From positions 1,050,047-1,114,046 of the forward strand of contig NW_003314304.1 in assembly GCF_000143415.4 (NCBI RefSeq): a stretch of DNA of 64,000 nt, written 5' to 3'. This stretch comes from Selaginella moellendorffii (taxonomy: Eukaryota; Plantae; Lycopodiophyta). Numbering within the stretch: position 1 is the stretch's first letter; the number at the start of each line of letters is the position of its first letter. Below the pieces are notes generated by a model. That model saw only the letters and a list, made by a program, of their open reading frames with translations, was not told the origin of the DNA and did not search any database. Position numbers and translations under genes: made by a program. Shown here piece after piece: positions 24,075 to 38,101 of the stretch.

Positions 24075-24492
24075 GATGGCATGTATTTATTTAAAAATGT
24101 AACTTATTATGGCATGGGGTTCCATGCCATTGTATTAATATTAAAAGACAATTCTTTGAGAGGATTTGCATTATACTAGAAGTGTTACAGCATGTTATTG
24201 GAAGTCTACGAAGTTGTTTTATTAATAAGGGGAAAGTAAAGATTGAATGGGGACTTGGGCTCCACCTAGACTTGGAGCAACTGAGCCAATATTAAAAGGA
24301 TGGAAAGAAATTGGACGACGATGACAAGGAGAAGAGAGAGGTGAAGCAGTGGCAGGGGGAGGAGAAGTGATTGAGTAGACATTTCCTTGTTTAAAATAAA
24401 ATGGCATGTGCCTCAATGCAGTTGAATTTTGTTATATTTATATACTATATAAAGGTTTGGAAACCTTATTTTACAAGTGGGATAATGACAAT

Positions 24493-24516
24493 TCCCACTT
24501 TAACGAAATAGAGCTT
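24493..24516 (-). repeat. Right TIR, copy 1
   Basis: TCCCACTTTAACGAAATAGAGCTT; an extra inverted AAGTGGGA core lies just inside at ~24475. Confidence 0.92.
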
Positions 24517-25547
24517 AGTAATGCCTAAACATTGATATTATTGAAGTTAAGATTGGAGTGAGATGAAATATCTTTTTATAGGATGGTTTCATTAGTCATA
24601 ATGCAAATAGTATTGATGATTTAGCAATAATTTTGTGTCATTGACATTCATGCATTTACTAGTTAGTAACTGTATTAGTGATCTAATAAGCTAAGTAGCA
24701 AATTTAAGTTAGTTATGTTCTAAATGAGATTACTTAGTAGAGGTTGAGTTTTGGTTTTTCTTTGAAAAGTGATTTAGTCATGGACTATATTAACTTTGCA
24801 AAAGAAAGAGTTAATGATCAATTGGAGTTATATCCTTTTTAAAGATTATATTGATTTAGTACTTCTTATATTTATTATAATGTGAGTTACATTCTGCTAT
24901 AAAAGATGAATTTATAGAGGATCATTTGGTGATTACTTATTGAGTATAGGTTTGTTGCATTGGCTTTTGGATTGATACATATATACTTTTTATTAAGTTT
25001 TGTATTATGAATGTGTTGAGGTGGATATTGTGGGTTATACCATGATAGTTTTTTTAGCATGAAAGTTAGTTTATACAAGACTCATAATCATTGTTAAACA
25101 AGACCTGGCTATATATTTCTTTAAGTTTTTGGTTTTTTAAATTTTTATGCTCATTATTCCATTTGTTAAGAGTTGTTAGAGAAAATATTTGTGTTCATTA
25201 GTGCCAATGTTTAAATTAGTGATTGCATATAATAATCATTGATGATGATTGACTATCATCTAGAAAAGTTAATTATCTTTGTTAAAGGTTTTGCTAATGT
25301 TGAACAATTTACCATTCTTTGAGATGGTAAATTATTTTTTTGATAATGATTATACTTCTTTCTTTTGATGGGATGATGAATGGTCAATTGTTATCTTGAT
25401 AGCTTTTGGCTTTCCATGTTATCATATATTCTTTATAGTTCACTTTAGATTGGTATTTTAGGTTTGAGATATCAATAGGATATTATTGATGTTTACTTTA
25501 GCAACTCTAGTTTATTAGTACTATTGATCGAGATTTATTCAGACTGG

Positions 25548-25964
25548 CTAGTGCAATTGTTAACATAAAAAAGTATTTGTTGACTTTGTGATATTCATTT
25601 TGTTTAGTTGGTTCTTATTAAAGTTAGTTCTATTATATTATGATGTTATTTCCTTTGGATGATACATTTGCAAACATTTTATTTATTAATCAATGATACT
25701 TTATGCTCTTTGAGTTGTCTTTTATAAGTTGTTTAGTATACTATTTATAATCTTTAGTAGTGCAATTGTTAACATAAAAATGTGTTTTTTGACTTTTTGA
25801 TATTCATTTTGTTTAGTTGGTTCTTATTAAAGTTAGTTCTGTTATATTATGATGTTATTTCCTTTGGATGATACATTTGCAAACATTTTATTTATTAATC
25901 AATGATACTTTATGCTCTTTGAGTTGTCTTTTATAAGTTGTTTAGTATACTATTTATAATCTTT
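25548..25964. repeat. ~208-bp direct tandem duplication
   Basis: TAGTGCAATTGTTAACATAAAAA...ATAATCTTT repeated twice. Confidence 0.9.
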
Positions 25965-27959
25965 GATAGTTAAGGGTTTAAGTAATAGTTAAGCTTTATC
26001 ATTGAGTTTTCTTGATAATAAACTTACTATTAAGTTTTAGTTACTCCTATGTTCTTAAACTATCATGATTTTGGTGGTTCCTATCCTCTACTAATTTATC
26101 AAATAATAACTTAATTGAATATTTTTATGTTTTAATCTAAGACTTATTCACTGATAATATATTATCTCTAAGATATCTTAGTCTATGACTTACATTTATC
26201 AAAGTAGGCATGCTTGATTGCATGATATGAACACGAGCAATGAGTCACACTTCATTGCTAAATCATTCCTTGAAGAAGAGAGGATTATTTTTATAATTGA
26301 TTCTTTGTCCTTGATGACTGACTAAACCTCAAGTTTGTGTTTAACACTACCTTTAATTCAGTCTAAAACAGCATAGCAATGATTACTTGAATCGATAGAT
26401 TAATCCCTACAGTTTTGATTGATCCACTTATAATCATGCCTAGGAAAGATTCACTAGTGCCATGCTAAATAGCTATGGACTAACCTATTCACCACTCTTA
26501 ACAAACCCAAGGGAGATTTATATTTTTACCCACGGTAATATAGAATAATTCATAGAACCATTGATAGGCTAATATAAATCCTACCAACTCAAAATGTAAT
26601 CTTGAGTTGCTAATGTGCCTCACTCATAAGCTTAAGTGAAAACTCATGCAAAAGGAATATCTAACATCGATCCTATGAGCCCAAGCATAAACTTATATAA
26701 TACAGTATAAAAAGTAACCAAAATCCATACCCAAAGAATGAATACGAAGTCATAGCACCCAAACGTGTACCCACTCGAATCATCATTTTCATCTCTACGT
26801 ATGCAACAAAACTAATTGCCCAATTTCATTGGATAGTACTCATTGAGACTCATCCTCTAATACCAAATGTAGCACACGTGGTTTTCACCCTTTATCCTAT
26901 GGTGATTTACCATAGGATAACCACCCTTCATGTGCCACATGTCATATGCCACATGTCCAAGGAAAGTAGAGCGAAACCCAAGCTTCAGGTCCTTGGGCCA
27001 CTGAATAAAAGAATGGAGCCAAACTCCAAGCACAAAGCTAAAGAGCGAAAGAACTAGAGTATGGAGCAACTCTTGAGCATCCAGCCTAAGGAGCAAAGGG
27101 ATAAAAGCACAGAATAATGTTGGAATAGTCCTAGAGTATCTAACATCCTAATGCTAGGATTAGCATGCAAGAGTCAAGTGCTATTTCAGCATACCTATGG
27201 CTAGTACCAAAAGTTAATCTCTAGAACAAGCTTAGAACTTATTAGATATGGAATAACGCTAGATTGTGAATTTGGACACGAGACCAACACCATCGTATTT
27301 AGGACAATCTCTACATTCAGTAGATATGTCAAATTAGCATATCTAAACACTTTTCATAAATAGTAATTGGGACCGAACAAGACTAACACAAAAGGCATGA
27401 TAGCAAGGGTGTTTAGCAAACATGGTAAGTTATCATTTAATAAATATTAAGGGATTAATCTTGTCAAGACCCCCAACAAGATCAAGACTGGAAAATGAAG
27501 AAGACAAAGAAAAAAGCTAGTGGAAATGAAGAAGAGGCCTTTGATTGGCGTTGATTCAGATTGTGGAGAAATGGAACAAGGCTAACCTATATATACTATA
27601 GATTGATGAAGCTCCACCACTCTTGGATCGAAGACAACCTAAATATAGTTGAGGTCAAGGATGTGCCACATCATCATCAGAAATGTGGCTCGAGACTCAG
27701 GGATCGTACGGGAAATTAGAGAGTCAAGAATAGGGAAGTGTCTTGAGAGTCAGAAATATGGTCTGCAGGTCAGGAATCTAGTGAGAGTCAGGAATGTGGC
27801 AAGAATTGGGGGATTCCTGATAGCACCCCCTTCTCAAGAATGAGAGGAATGAGGACGTCAATGAGAATGAAGAGGAGGATGAGATGGGCAGCGAGGGACG
27901 GGAGATGGAGAAAAAGAATGAGGACTGGGATGAAAAGGATAGCGGCGGTGGAAGTCCTG

Positions 27960-29536
27960 AACAAGGTCAGGAGAATGAATCAGGTTGTCCGCAGGTTCCC
28001 AAGTGCATTCTTCAGGTCTATAACCCTTCCAGTCGACTAGATAGTAGAGTTTAGACCGTGAGATCTTGGAATCAAGGATGTCCTGAACCTTGTACTCAGA
28101 CCCATCCTTGAGCTACATTGGTGGAGGTGGAGGAATGACCCGATTTGGAATAGGACTAGGAATATAAGGCTCAAGGAGAGAGGAGTGAAAAACGGGGTGA
28201 TTTTGATATGAGAAGGGAAGTGCAAGGCGATAAGTGACAGGATTAATGATGGCAGTGATAGGGAAAGGACCGAGGTGTTTGAAATTGAGTTTGGGACATG
28301 GCCTGGTGGTGGAGATATTTTGCCTGAGGAGCCAAACTTTATCCCCGATATTGTAAGGGGGACAATCCTGACAATGGACATTGGCAAATGTTTTGTGAGA
28401 TTCCTGAGCACGATGGAGGTGGAAGGAGATGGAGTTGTGGATTTCCTGGAGGTTGGAGACAAATGCCTCAGAGCGGGGATTTGAACAAGAGGATTCGGAT
28501 GGAGAAGGAAGTGAGAGATTGAATCGGGGATTTCGGCCAGAGTTCACAAAGAAGGGGGAAACTCGAAGAGAGGAGTGAATAAAGTTGTTATAGGAGAACT
28601 CAGCAAGGGGAAGGATATTGAACCAGTCATCCTGATGATAGTTGATGAAGCACCTCAAGATTTGTTTCAACATTTGAATTGTTCACTCGGACTGTCTATC
28701 AGTTTGAGGATGATACGCCGAAGAGAGGTTGGCCTTCACTCCAAGCAGCTGCAAAAACCGTTGCCAGAAATGAGAGATGAATTGAGGTCCCCGATCCGAA
28801 ATCACATCTGCAAGAATCCCATGAAGTCGGAAAATTTCCCTAAATACCAGTTTTGCCATGTCCTCGCCTGAAAACTCCTTGGTACACGGCAGGAAATGTG
28901 CCATCTTTGTGAAGCGATCCACCACAACTAAAATGTTGTTGAAGCATCCAAAACTCGAAAGATCACTCAAGAAATCTATGGAGATGGATTCCCAAGGATC
29001 TGAAGAGACCGGGAGGGAACGAAGCAAACATGAAGGAAGGTGGCAAGGTATTTTATTCCAGGCACAAGTGTCAAAGGAGGTAATAAAAGCTTTGATGTAG
29101 TCGTCCATGTGAGGCCACCAAAAGTCCCGTGCAACCAGCTCATAGGTTTTTGCAATGCCGAAGTGACCAGCAGTCAGGCTATCGTGGCACGCCATCAGGA
29201 CCAACCTTCGAGCATCACCTTCAGGAATGTAAAGCTGCTCTCTATGGTACAACAAGCCATCTAAGAACTCGAACTCGTCAAGTCGCCGGCAGTCGGGAGT
29301 CACTGGGTGTCCAGCCTGAAGATGGGGGAAAATGTCGCTGGCGAGGTCATCGGATTGAAGATCGTTTCTGATCGCATCCATCAAGGAGGAGTTTTGAGGG
29401 GCCAGGGAAATTGCCATAACTTGAAGCCGATCAAGACCGAGGATAACCTGATCCTGTTGATCGAAGGTAGGATTACCAAGCCTGAGACAGAGATAGGAGC
29501 GCCTTGAAAGAGCATCAAGAAGGCCTTGAATCTTTT
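27960..29536 (-). pseudogene. Integrase-chromodomain part of pol
   Basis: HDSLTAGHFG zinc finger, VVVDRFTKMAHF, SDRGPQF, SAYHPQTD, LGPFPI, HPVFHSSLL. Confidence 0.9.
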
Positions 29537-29978
29537 AAGCTCTATTTCATTAAAGTGGGAATTGTCATTATCCCACTTGTAAAATAAGGTTTCCAAACCT
29601 TTATATAATATATAAATATAACAAAATTCAACTGCATTGAGGCACATGCCATTTTATTTTAAACAAGGAAATGTCTACTCAATCACTTCTCCTCCCCCTG
29701 CCACTGCTTCACCTCTCTCTTCTCCTTGTCATCGTCGTCCAATTTCTTTCCATCCTTTTAATATTGGCTCAGTTGCTCCAAGTCTAGGTGGAGCCCAAGT
29801 CCCCATTCAATCTTTACTTTCCCCTTATTAATAAAACAACTTCGTAGACTTCCAATAACATGCTGTAACACTTCTAGTATAATGCAAATCCTCTCAAAGA
29901 ATTGTCTTTTAATATTAATACAATGGCATGGAACCCCATGCCATAATAAGTTACATTTTTAAATAAATACATGCCATC

Positions 29979-32900
29979 TCAGACTATTATTTTTTGCCTC
30001 CAACGCCTATACAATAATCTTGGAATTTCATCACTCTCCACACTATCAGGATTTAAACTCAATAGTAATGCCATCTCTTCTCTAATACGTCCACGCTCAT
30101 GTTCAATGGTCGAAGAACCCATCCGGTTGAGCAGATTATGGAGATGCGGATAGTGCTTGGCTAGACAATATACATGCCATAAATGATGACTGGTGTCTGT
30201 CCGATCAAATGGCTTCTGATATACCGTTCCATCTGCCATTTGGTTGATTTCTGTAGCCACCTCCTGGACTGGCCGGTTCTCTATCACCATCGCTCCAAGC
30301 CGTTTTGCAAGGTCCCCCAGAACATATGGTTTCTTCTCCCTAGTTTCCATACTGCAAGAGATGGGGTGCACTGCATATGTGTGCGTGTTCGCTGCAGTTT
30401 TAATCGGCGAGTCATCGATGATAAGGATTTCACTTGACCTAGAAGTCCGGTTCATCACTACAACCTCTGGCTTGACGAAGATGGGCTTGCTACCCCTCAC
30501 ATGGACCATAGTCAAGCAATCCTCCTGCGTTAGGAGAAAGTCAAATGGTAATATTACTCGCGTCTGATCGTGCATCATCTGTAGCAACGTTAATGCATTG
30601 TGGCACATCATGGATGTCCAAACTCCCAATTGCAAATTGAACCCGGCCCTCTGTTTTAAGTGTCACATGGTCATTATTTGATCCCGCAGTTTCTCCCGTG
30701 TGATTAATGTGAATCTATCTCTTTTGACCAACTTGCGACCGCAGGCTTTGGAGGGTGCAGTGACATTCGAGGATGAGCCACGCTCATGGGAGAAAAGGAC
30801 ACCGTTCAGATCAAAAACGATACAGTACCTTCGCCGTGACTCTGAAATGAAATGCGTCAGCATAAAAAATGGTACAAGTCAATTTTACCATCTACAATAT
30901 TAGCGAATGGTGCTCCCGATGGTCATTGAGAGGGTTTTGGTCGAGGAAACGTGAAGGGCGGAAATACTCTCCTCTGCAATGTGGGGTCAATCGCATCCGA
31001 TGGCGTGTGGGCACATGCCATTTCAGCTGTAGACTCTAGTACAACTGGCTCAACAGTGGCATGGGGTGGTTCCGATGGCGTGTGATCACACGCCATTTCA
31101 GCTGGTGCCTCCATTGGCAAAGTGGATATGACCGAACAGGCAGCAGGGGCGGTGTAGGGAGGTTCCAACGGCGCGTAGTCAGACGATTGGGCACACGTTG
31201 AGTCCGTTGGAAATGAGGATACGACTGGCTCGGTGGCTGGGGCGGCCTCATGCGAGTCCAATGGCGCCTGGTCACCGTCAGTTGGATACGTGGACAAGAT
31301 TGACTCAGTGGTATGGGCAGCATCAAGTGGAGCGTGGTCAGCTTGCTTGGCGTTGATATGGATAGTAGCCTCCACCAGCTCTGATGACTCTTGCAGGCAA
31401 GTAGAGTCCACTGGCAGATCCATATGCATGTCCAAATATCTCCCTTCGATTGAGATGGTATCCTCCCGTCCTACTAAAAACAAACTCATTAGCACATTGA
31501 ATCGACTATATTGTATTTACCATCAACTGCTATTGAGGAACTAGGACCGATATCACTTGGGCGCACTGCTGATTCTGAAGGATTGGACATACGTTTCGAC
31601 CCTTGCTTGGCACTATCCTTCCTCGACATTAAAGGCTAGGGTTTGTAAATTCAACTGAATAATCTCTACTTACCATTTGCTCTGCGACCTACATGGACAA
31701 TGTTAGAAATGGTAAAAGGTTAGGAATGGATGTACTATTATTTACCTGATGGTTTGTCTTGTATGACCTTCCTCCGCTGCTCTTTGGCCACCTCAGGCTG
31801 GCCATCGTCGTCGTCGTTATTGTGATCGTCACCATTGTGAGGACCATCCAAGTCCTCTTCGTCCTCCTCTTCTTCGTCCTCCTCTTCTTTGTCCTCCTCT
31901 TCATCCTTCTGCTCTTCCTGCTCATTATCTTTCTCTGGCTCCTCATCCCCCTCCTGCATTTCTTCCATAGGCTGCTCAAGCTGGATGGCTTGTTCTTCCA
32001 GGACCATCTTGGGAAAATCATCTGGCCGAATCTCCATCTCAAAATACAAGACATCCATAGCCTGTTTTAGTGCGTGACCTAGGACCGTATCCTCACCCGA
32101 CTGTCTTAACATGGTTTCTGCACGTTCTTGCACCCTTCGAAGACGACGAGATGAGAAAAACGTGGCCCTGACTTGAAAAGCATCCCTCATCCATTGTACC
32201 TCTCCATTGAGATTGGGGAAGGGGAGTCCGCCATAGGAATCTGAGTCAGGAGGTGGTGACTGCCTGCTTTCACTCAGCCCTTGATCTGCAATGAATGGCA
32301 TGAGCACACACGCCATAACCGCGAGGCATTACCTATCATCTTTTCGTTGCCCTTCTTCCTTTTCGAATCAAACGCCTCTGATCCCGACGACTGTCCAACG
32401 TGCTTTCGCTTTTTATGACCACTGTTAGTTTGAGCTTGGCTGGTGCTTGTCTGTTTTGCCTTTGAAGAAGTGTCTCCTGCAAGGAATGGCATGAAACCAC
32501 ACGCCATTGCAAATATAATTTGTACCTCCTTTTTTCATATTGCTTGTCTGTTTGTCCTTCTTCGACGCGCCACCAGTGCGCTTTTCAGTCCTCGTGTCTG
32601 AATATTCACAACGATCTATAATCAAAATGGCGTGAGGCCTCACGTGACCTTACCTTGTGCAGGTTGTGAGCTCGGCCCAACATGGGTATTTTCAACAGTA
32701 GCTGTTAACGCCGTTTCAGCATCTGGGGGTGGCCACGCTCCTGCATATAGAGCTTGTGAGATAACATTTAAACTTAAAGTGCGTACTCACCAGGTTCGCA
32801 GAGAAGATACTGTTTTTCTTTGGCAATTGTAATTATATGCTCCATTGAAGTCACCTCTTCAATGGAGTTTGTCACCGCAACACACGGGACACCCTTGAGT

Positions 32901-35306
32901 AGTGCGGCTCGAAAGAATAGTCCGCCGCAGTTGTACTCGACAACGCATTTACCCTTGGAGTCGGAAGCAGGTGACCCACCCGCTATTGCGTTGAAGACCT
33001 AGCTGAGCATTTCCCATGCTGCACCTAGAGCTTGCTTTGGATTCGAAAGCTCCATAGCCGTCTTCAGTTCCTCAGGCACGGGTAAATTGACCTCCCTCAG
33101 ATCAATTCGATCGGCCTTGTCGAACGAAGCTGGGAAGTCACTCCAGTCCCATTCTGCTGCAGGACCAATAACAAGGGCGAGTGTGAAGATGCGGACATTC
33201 GTCGGTATCATCTTCTTAGCCATTATCCCATGGATCTCCCGCATCTCCTTGCCTTTCAACCAAGCCTTCACCTCGTTCAAGGCCTTCCAGAACTTGTGAT
33301 AGGATTCGGGGTCGTAGATCATATAGTGGACTGAAGATTCCACCTCCGCAAGTCCCACCATTAAGTCAATGATGGAGCTGACTTCATCTGCATGAGTGAT
33401 CTCCTCGTTTGTGAAGTCCATCACACAAAAGATGTTCTTGACCTGCTCATCTCCGCGGGAAACGATGCTCCTCCACCTTTGATCCTCATCCGAATTCAAG
33501 TATACCCGGTAAGGTTCTCGATAGGCCTCTGCTACGGGGTCGAGTTGTTTCTGAAGCCGGCGGTCGACATCCCTCTTACTGAAATTTGGATACTGATCCA
33601 ACTTCTCAGCTTTACTTTTCGTGGCATCCCGCAGCAGGTCGATGAACTTGGGGGCCCCCTTCACGTACTCGTCGATGTCTTCATTTGAAAAATCCAGCGC
33701 TTCCATCATCTCTTGTGTGGTGTCGATGCTCACCCTCTCCACGGCCACTTGCTCGAAGATCCAATCCTTCAATAGCGCACGAGCTCTCAGAGTCGTGCAC
33801 AAGTCCTCGTATGTCACAATATGGCCGGGAGTCATTTTGGTCTTGTTGAAGACTACCTCACCACGTAGAAGAGCATTAGCCACTGTCAGAAGGTCATCGT
33901 CGTCTAGAGACCGCGAGAAACGCAAGGCGTTGAGCTTCAAATCATTGGGCTTCCGGCCATCCTCCACACCCATTGAGTTTAGTAACTCCCCATCATGGTA
34001 CCTCCTCAGCACATCTACCCATTTGTCAAAAACAACTTTTGTCGCGAGTAGAATGTTATGGATGCTAAGTGTGTCATTGACCCCCAGTGTTTTTGAGAGA
34101 AGACTCGAGAATTCCTGCAGTGGAAATGGCGTGAGGCCACATGCTATACCACATGCAACGAGGCTTACCTGCCAAGCGCTAGTTGCTAGTGCACGTCCTT
34201 GTCCTGGTTTTTGTGGCTTCTTCAGTTGAACCCAGAGCTTCCGTGTTCGTGCCAATGTCTCGTGCAGACCCGATTTGTAGCACGTTTCTTGCTTGACATT
34301 CTGCGCGTGGGAGATGTATATGATAGATCGGAGGGGCGAGTTGCCTTTTATCAGGCGGACAACTCTTGTCTTGAAGACTTTCTTCACCTCCTCGCCCACC
34401 ATAATATCCACAACTATCTCTTGCATCGCCAAGCTAGAATGCTGCTCGGAGACGGCATAGAACCGGATGTTCTGATCGTCCAACACCTTCCTATTGATCA
34501 AGTCTGGAAACCTCGTCTTGCCCTTCATTGTTCGGTAGTAGGGGATCACGTCTGCGATGTCGGGTGTTACTGGACTTGCCAGCATCTTCTGCTTCAGTTT
34601 CTCCACCCACTCATCAGATACTAGCCTGTGGCTGTATTTGCTTTGGATGTCGATACGGCTCACGTCGATTGTATATACTTTGTTGGAATAGTAACAAGTA
34701 CTATTATCTGCGACGATTTTTGCTGCCTCTTCTTGCTCTTTCTGCTCTTTGCGGCTCTTCTTTTTGGTGGGTGTAGTGTTTGAACCCGAGGCAATGGCAT
34801 CACCGAGTATCTTCTTTTTTGGAGGAGAGTCGGACGTCGGCTTGAGCTTGACCACCCTTTTCTGCTTCGGGGTAGTTTCCAGATCGACCCCCTTCCCCTT
34901 CGCTTCGCGAACTGGAGGCACTCTCAACGGCTCAATGTTGGAATATAGTTTTTGAACATCGCCGTAGGTGAGGTCCGTGGATTCCATGTGATCTTCATAG
35001 ACCCGCAGCGTCTTTGAAATTGTGGGCCTCCTAGCCGCTGCCCCCCTCTGGGAAGCCGCTAGGATGTGCAAGGTGGATCTTGAAGGCAGACGCTGTCTCT
35101 ACCACAAGTGCCAGTCCATATTTTTGCATGGAACTGCATGGAGTGTCTGTCACTTGGATGAGGATCCCCATGCATTCTTTTCTCCCACCATCTGTGTTGT
35201 ACAGCCTCAGATCCTCGCCTTCCATCCCGAAAGTCCAACTGGTGAGCTCCTCCCCCTTCTCTGCATCCACATTGACAGTGGCTGGAAGAAGAACGCAATT
35301 CCTTGC
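29979..35306 (-). pseudogene. Cargo gene, copy 2
   Basis: Colinear with 18714-24074; 38-bp deletion near 35030; stops at 32999, 30923, 30663. Confidence 0.75.
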
Positions 35307-38101
35307 CTGTTCAGAAATGCACAACAATTAGAGCTAACAGATGAAAAGCTAGCAGCTGGAAATAACGTGAGGCCACACGCCATTCACCACTGCATCAGAT
35401 GTCTTGAGGCTACATCCTAAGATGGCGTGAGGCTACACGCCATCTGTAACCGGACTGCACTCGAGAGCCCAATCGGTGCATGCCAATGTTGCTACTGAAT
35501 GGCATGTGGCCTTATGCCATTTTCTACTTGGCGTAAAAGACTTACCATTTGAAGCCAAATGGAGGCGTGACAACCGGACTCGCTGGCGAATGTGCACTGT
35601 GTGTGCAGCGGATTGTAGCAGCAAGGCTACTCTGCCACTTACAGTTGGAGAGTGGCGCTGAAATCTCCCGGGACGCCAAGTGGGCTGCGTGTGGGTGGCG
35701 GAGTGGGCGGTGGAGTTGGCGGCGAAGTTACAAACTGGGTGTGTCTTGAAGTGGACGCCGATGCACACGAGCGCGAGTGTGATGCAAGTGCGAGTGGACG
35801 CCGATGCACACAAGAAACCTGTAGAGAAGGTAGATGAGCGCGAATGTGAGCGTGATCGCGAGTGGGAGCGCGATGCGAGCGCGAGTGTGCGAGCGCAAGT
35901 ACGAAGCAAAATGCAAAACCTAACCTCACACGCGCAAAATGTCACGACGGTTGGTAATCCCGCCACGTCATCATTCCTCGGACTTGGGTGCCACCATTAA
36001 TTTCTGGATTGCCGCGCGCATGCGTGAAATCCAAAAGAAATCCACAACGTTATCATTCTTCGGACTGCATGCACCCGAAATCCAAAAGAAAGATCATGAT
36101 TGGGATATCATTTAATACCCTTGCTATATTTATACCATGCATGATTGGATATTCCAAAGCATCTTGTATTTCCAAAAATGCCAGATGTTTAGCTAAATAA
36201 ATTGTCAGAGGATTTGATGTGACGTTCAAGCGTGTAGGCTCATGCAATTTTGATCCCAAAAAATGCACCAAAAAATGCTCGGTGTCATCTGGTGTTATCT
36301 CTTGAATGGCGTGGGGCCGCATGCCATTTTCAGGGGCACATAGGAGTATATTCCTAGAATATTCTGACACACGCGAGATTGTTTTGAGTTTTCTGGAGAT
36401 CCAACCGTTAGATCGCAACTATATTTTACAGAATGGTATACAATGTCCTTCTTGATGACCCTGCAAAGAAGCATCTCGATCGGACACCACATGAGACCAC
36501 ACGAGCCTTACAATGTTTCAGGGGCATTTGCCATAGATCCGACCGTTATTTTGCTCCAAGATTCTACAGTTTGGTGTGCATTGACCTTTCCATCAACACT
36601 GCAAAGGGACATCACAATCAGATGTGGGATCACAAGAAACTAACTTCACTAACTCTGGTTTCACCAAGATCTACGTAAGGAGTTATGAAATGAAAGGACC
36701 CTCTTTATTGAAATGTGTTTATGGTCCTAGGGGCATTGTGACATATCAAAGGATTTTGCATCAAGTTCTGTATTTGCATGTTTATCAAGCTACTGAATTG
36801 CTAAACCCTAAACCCTAAACATGTGGCAAATGCTACGTGAAGAAAGATGCCCTTTCTGGGCAAATGCTGTAAGAGGCAGATGCCGAGCAGATGTATCTCA
36901 GGCTAGCGAAGGGGACAAACAAAAGCTAGCTATAAACATGACGGGATGCAAATAGATTTCTAGGCTGGTCCTGCGAAAATCAAAAACCATAATTGAAAAC
37001 ATTGAAAATGCAAAAAGAAAGGTTTATAATATTTTTGAATTTTAAGCAACCAAAGGAATGTAAGTAGGGCATGTGTTTGTAAGTTTAAAAATGCCTCAAC
37101 CACTTAAATTCCCAAGTAAATAAAGCTGTTTCTATTTTTGGTACAGGTAAACTTTATAGCGTGTGGGCTCATGCAATTTTGAACCCAAAAATGCACCAAA
37201 AAATGCTCGACTAGCATTATTCTTTGAATGGCATGTGGCCTTATATTTCCATAAATGGACGTACACACACAGCATATTCCTTTACACGGCGAATAATCTT
37301 GGCGCGGATCACTGACATGGCATGGCAAAGTTCGAATCACTGACATGGCACAGCTGGATCGAGGCAAGGACATGATGTGACAAAGTTCAACCTCCGACAG
37401 CAAAGTCTAGAAGCTACTCAGTTTGAAATTTGTCAGAGGAATCATAAGATCTGGTTTGTCAGAGGATTTGATGTGACGTTCAAGCGTGTGTTATTTTTGA
37501 ATTCTCGAACTCATTCCTAGGTCTATCATTTTTGTGCGCCGTGTTCTTGGTTCTGCTGAGCGTAGTGAGCGCTGCTTATGTAAGCGGCGTTGTGAGCTGT
37601 GGTTTATGCGTTTACAAGCGGTTGCGGCATTGCGAGCGCCATTGCGAGCGGCAGTTTATGCGAGTGGCAGTTTGTGCAAGCGGCGCTACGAGCAGTTGTA
37701 GTGTTGCGAGCGGCGCTACGAGTAGTTGCGGTGTTGCGAGCGGCACTGTCTTTGGTGTGGCTACCGCTTCCTCTTGATATTCGGCACTTGTGCTTCCTGG
37801 TATGTTCACCATGGAATGGCTTAGGACCACATTTAGAAATGGCATGAGGCCACATGCCATCTTGGGCCCTTGCAATTTCATGGCTAGCGTATTGTCATGT
37901 ATGTTTTTACTTGCCTGCAACTGTGTGTATATCAAGATGGCATGAGGCCTCATGCCAATTTTGTGAATGCGAAATTTCACGTGGGTGTCAATAGCATGTT
38001 TGAATAATGGCATATGGCCTTATGCTATTTGGTATGTTATGATTTAGGCCATTCTCCAATCATTTTTTGTATGGTCTTAACTTCTTTTCTGCACTTTCAG
38101 A

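Larger units (their letters stand above)
12067..24422. repeat. Dispersed 22-bp palindrome family ATGGCRTGNGNNCNCAYGCCAT (~26 copies, some degenerate)
   Basis: Starts at 12067, 12383, 12472, ~12526, 13881, 13938, 15775, 15845, 15881, 16051, 16149, 16764, 16836, 17693, 17772, 18500, 18577, 18637, 19911, 21408, 21549, 21740, 22957, 23032, 24109, 24401. Confidence 0.92.
11841..24516. mobile_element. Sola-like (DDD, DUF7869-type) TIR DNA transposon, copy 1
   Basis: TIRs AAGCTCTATTTCATTAAAGTGGGA / TCCCACTTTAACGAAATAGAGCTT; exact 4-bp TSD AGTA (11837-11840, 24517-24520); transposase plus cargo gene; second copy at 29537-41961. Confidence 0.93.
8860..27330. mobile_element. Ancient AT-decayed element with ~1.1-kb diverged inverted repeats; target of transposon copy 1
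   Basis: 8860-10070 aligns in reverse complement with 26300-27330; internal ~10330-11050 is an inverted homolog of ~54200-54950; no intact ORF. Confidence 0.4.

Noticed and set aside
24517-29536. Inverted segmental duplication or misassembly explaining the two copies
   Set aside because: Homology stops exactly at the TIRs, each copy has its own TSD, and each has private mutations
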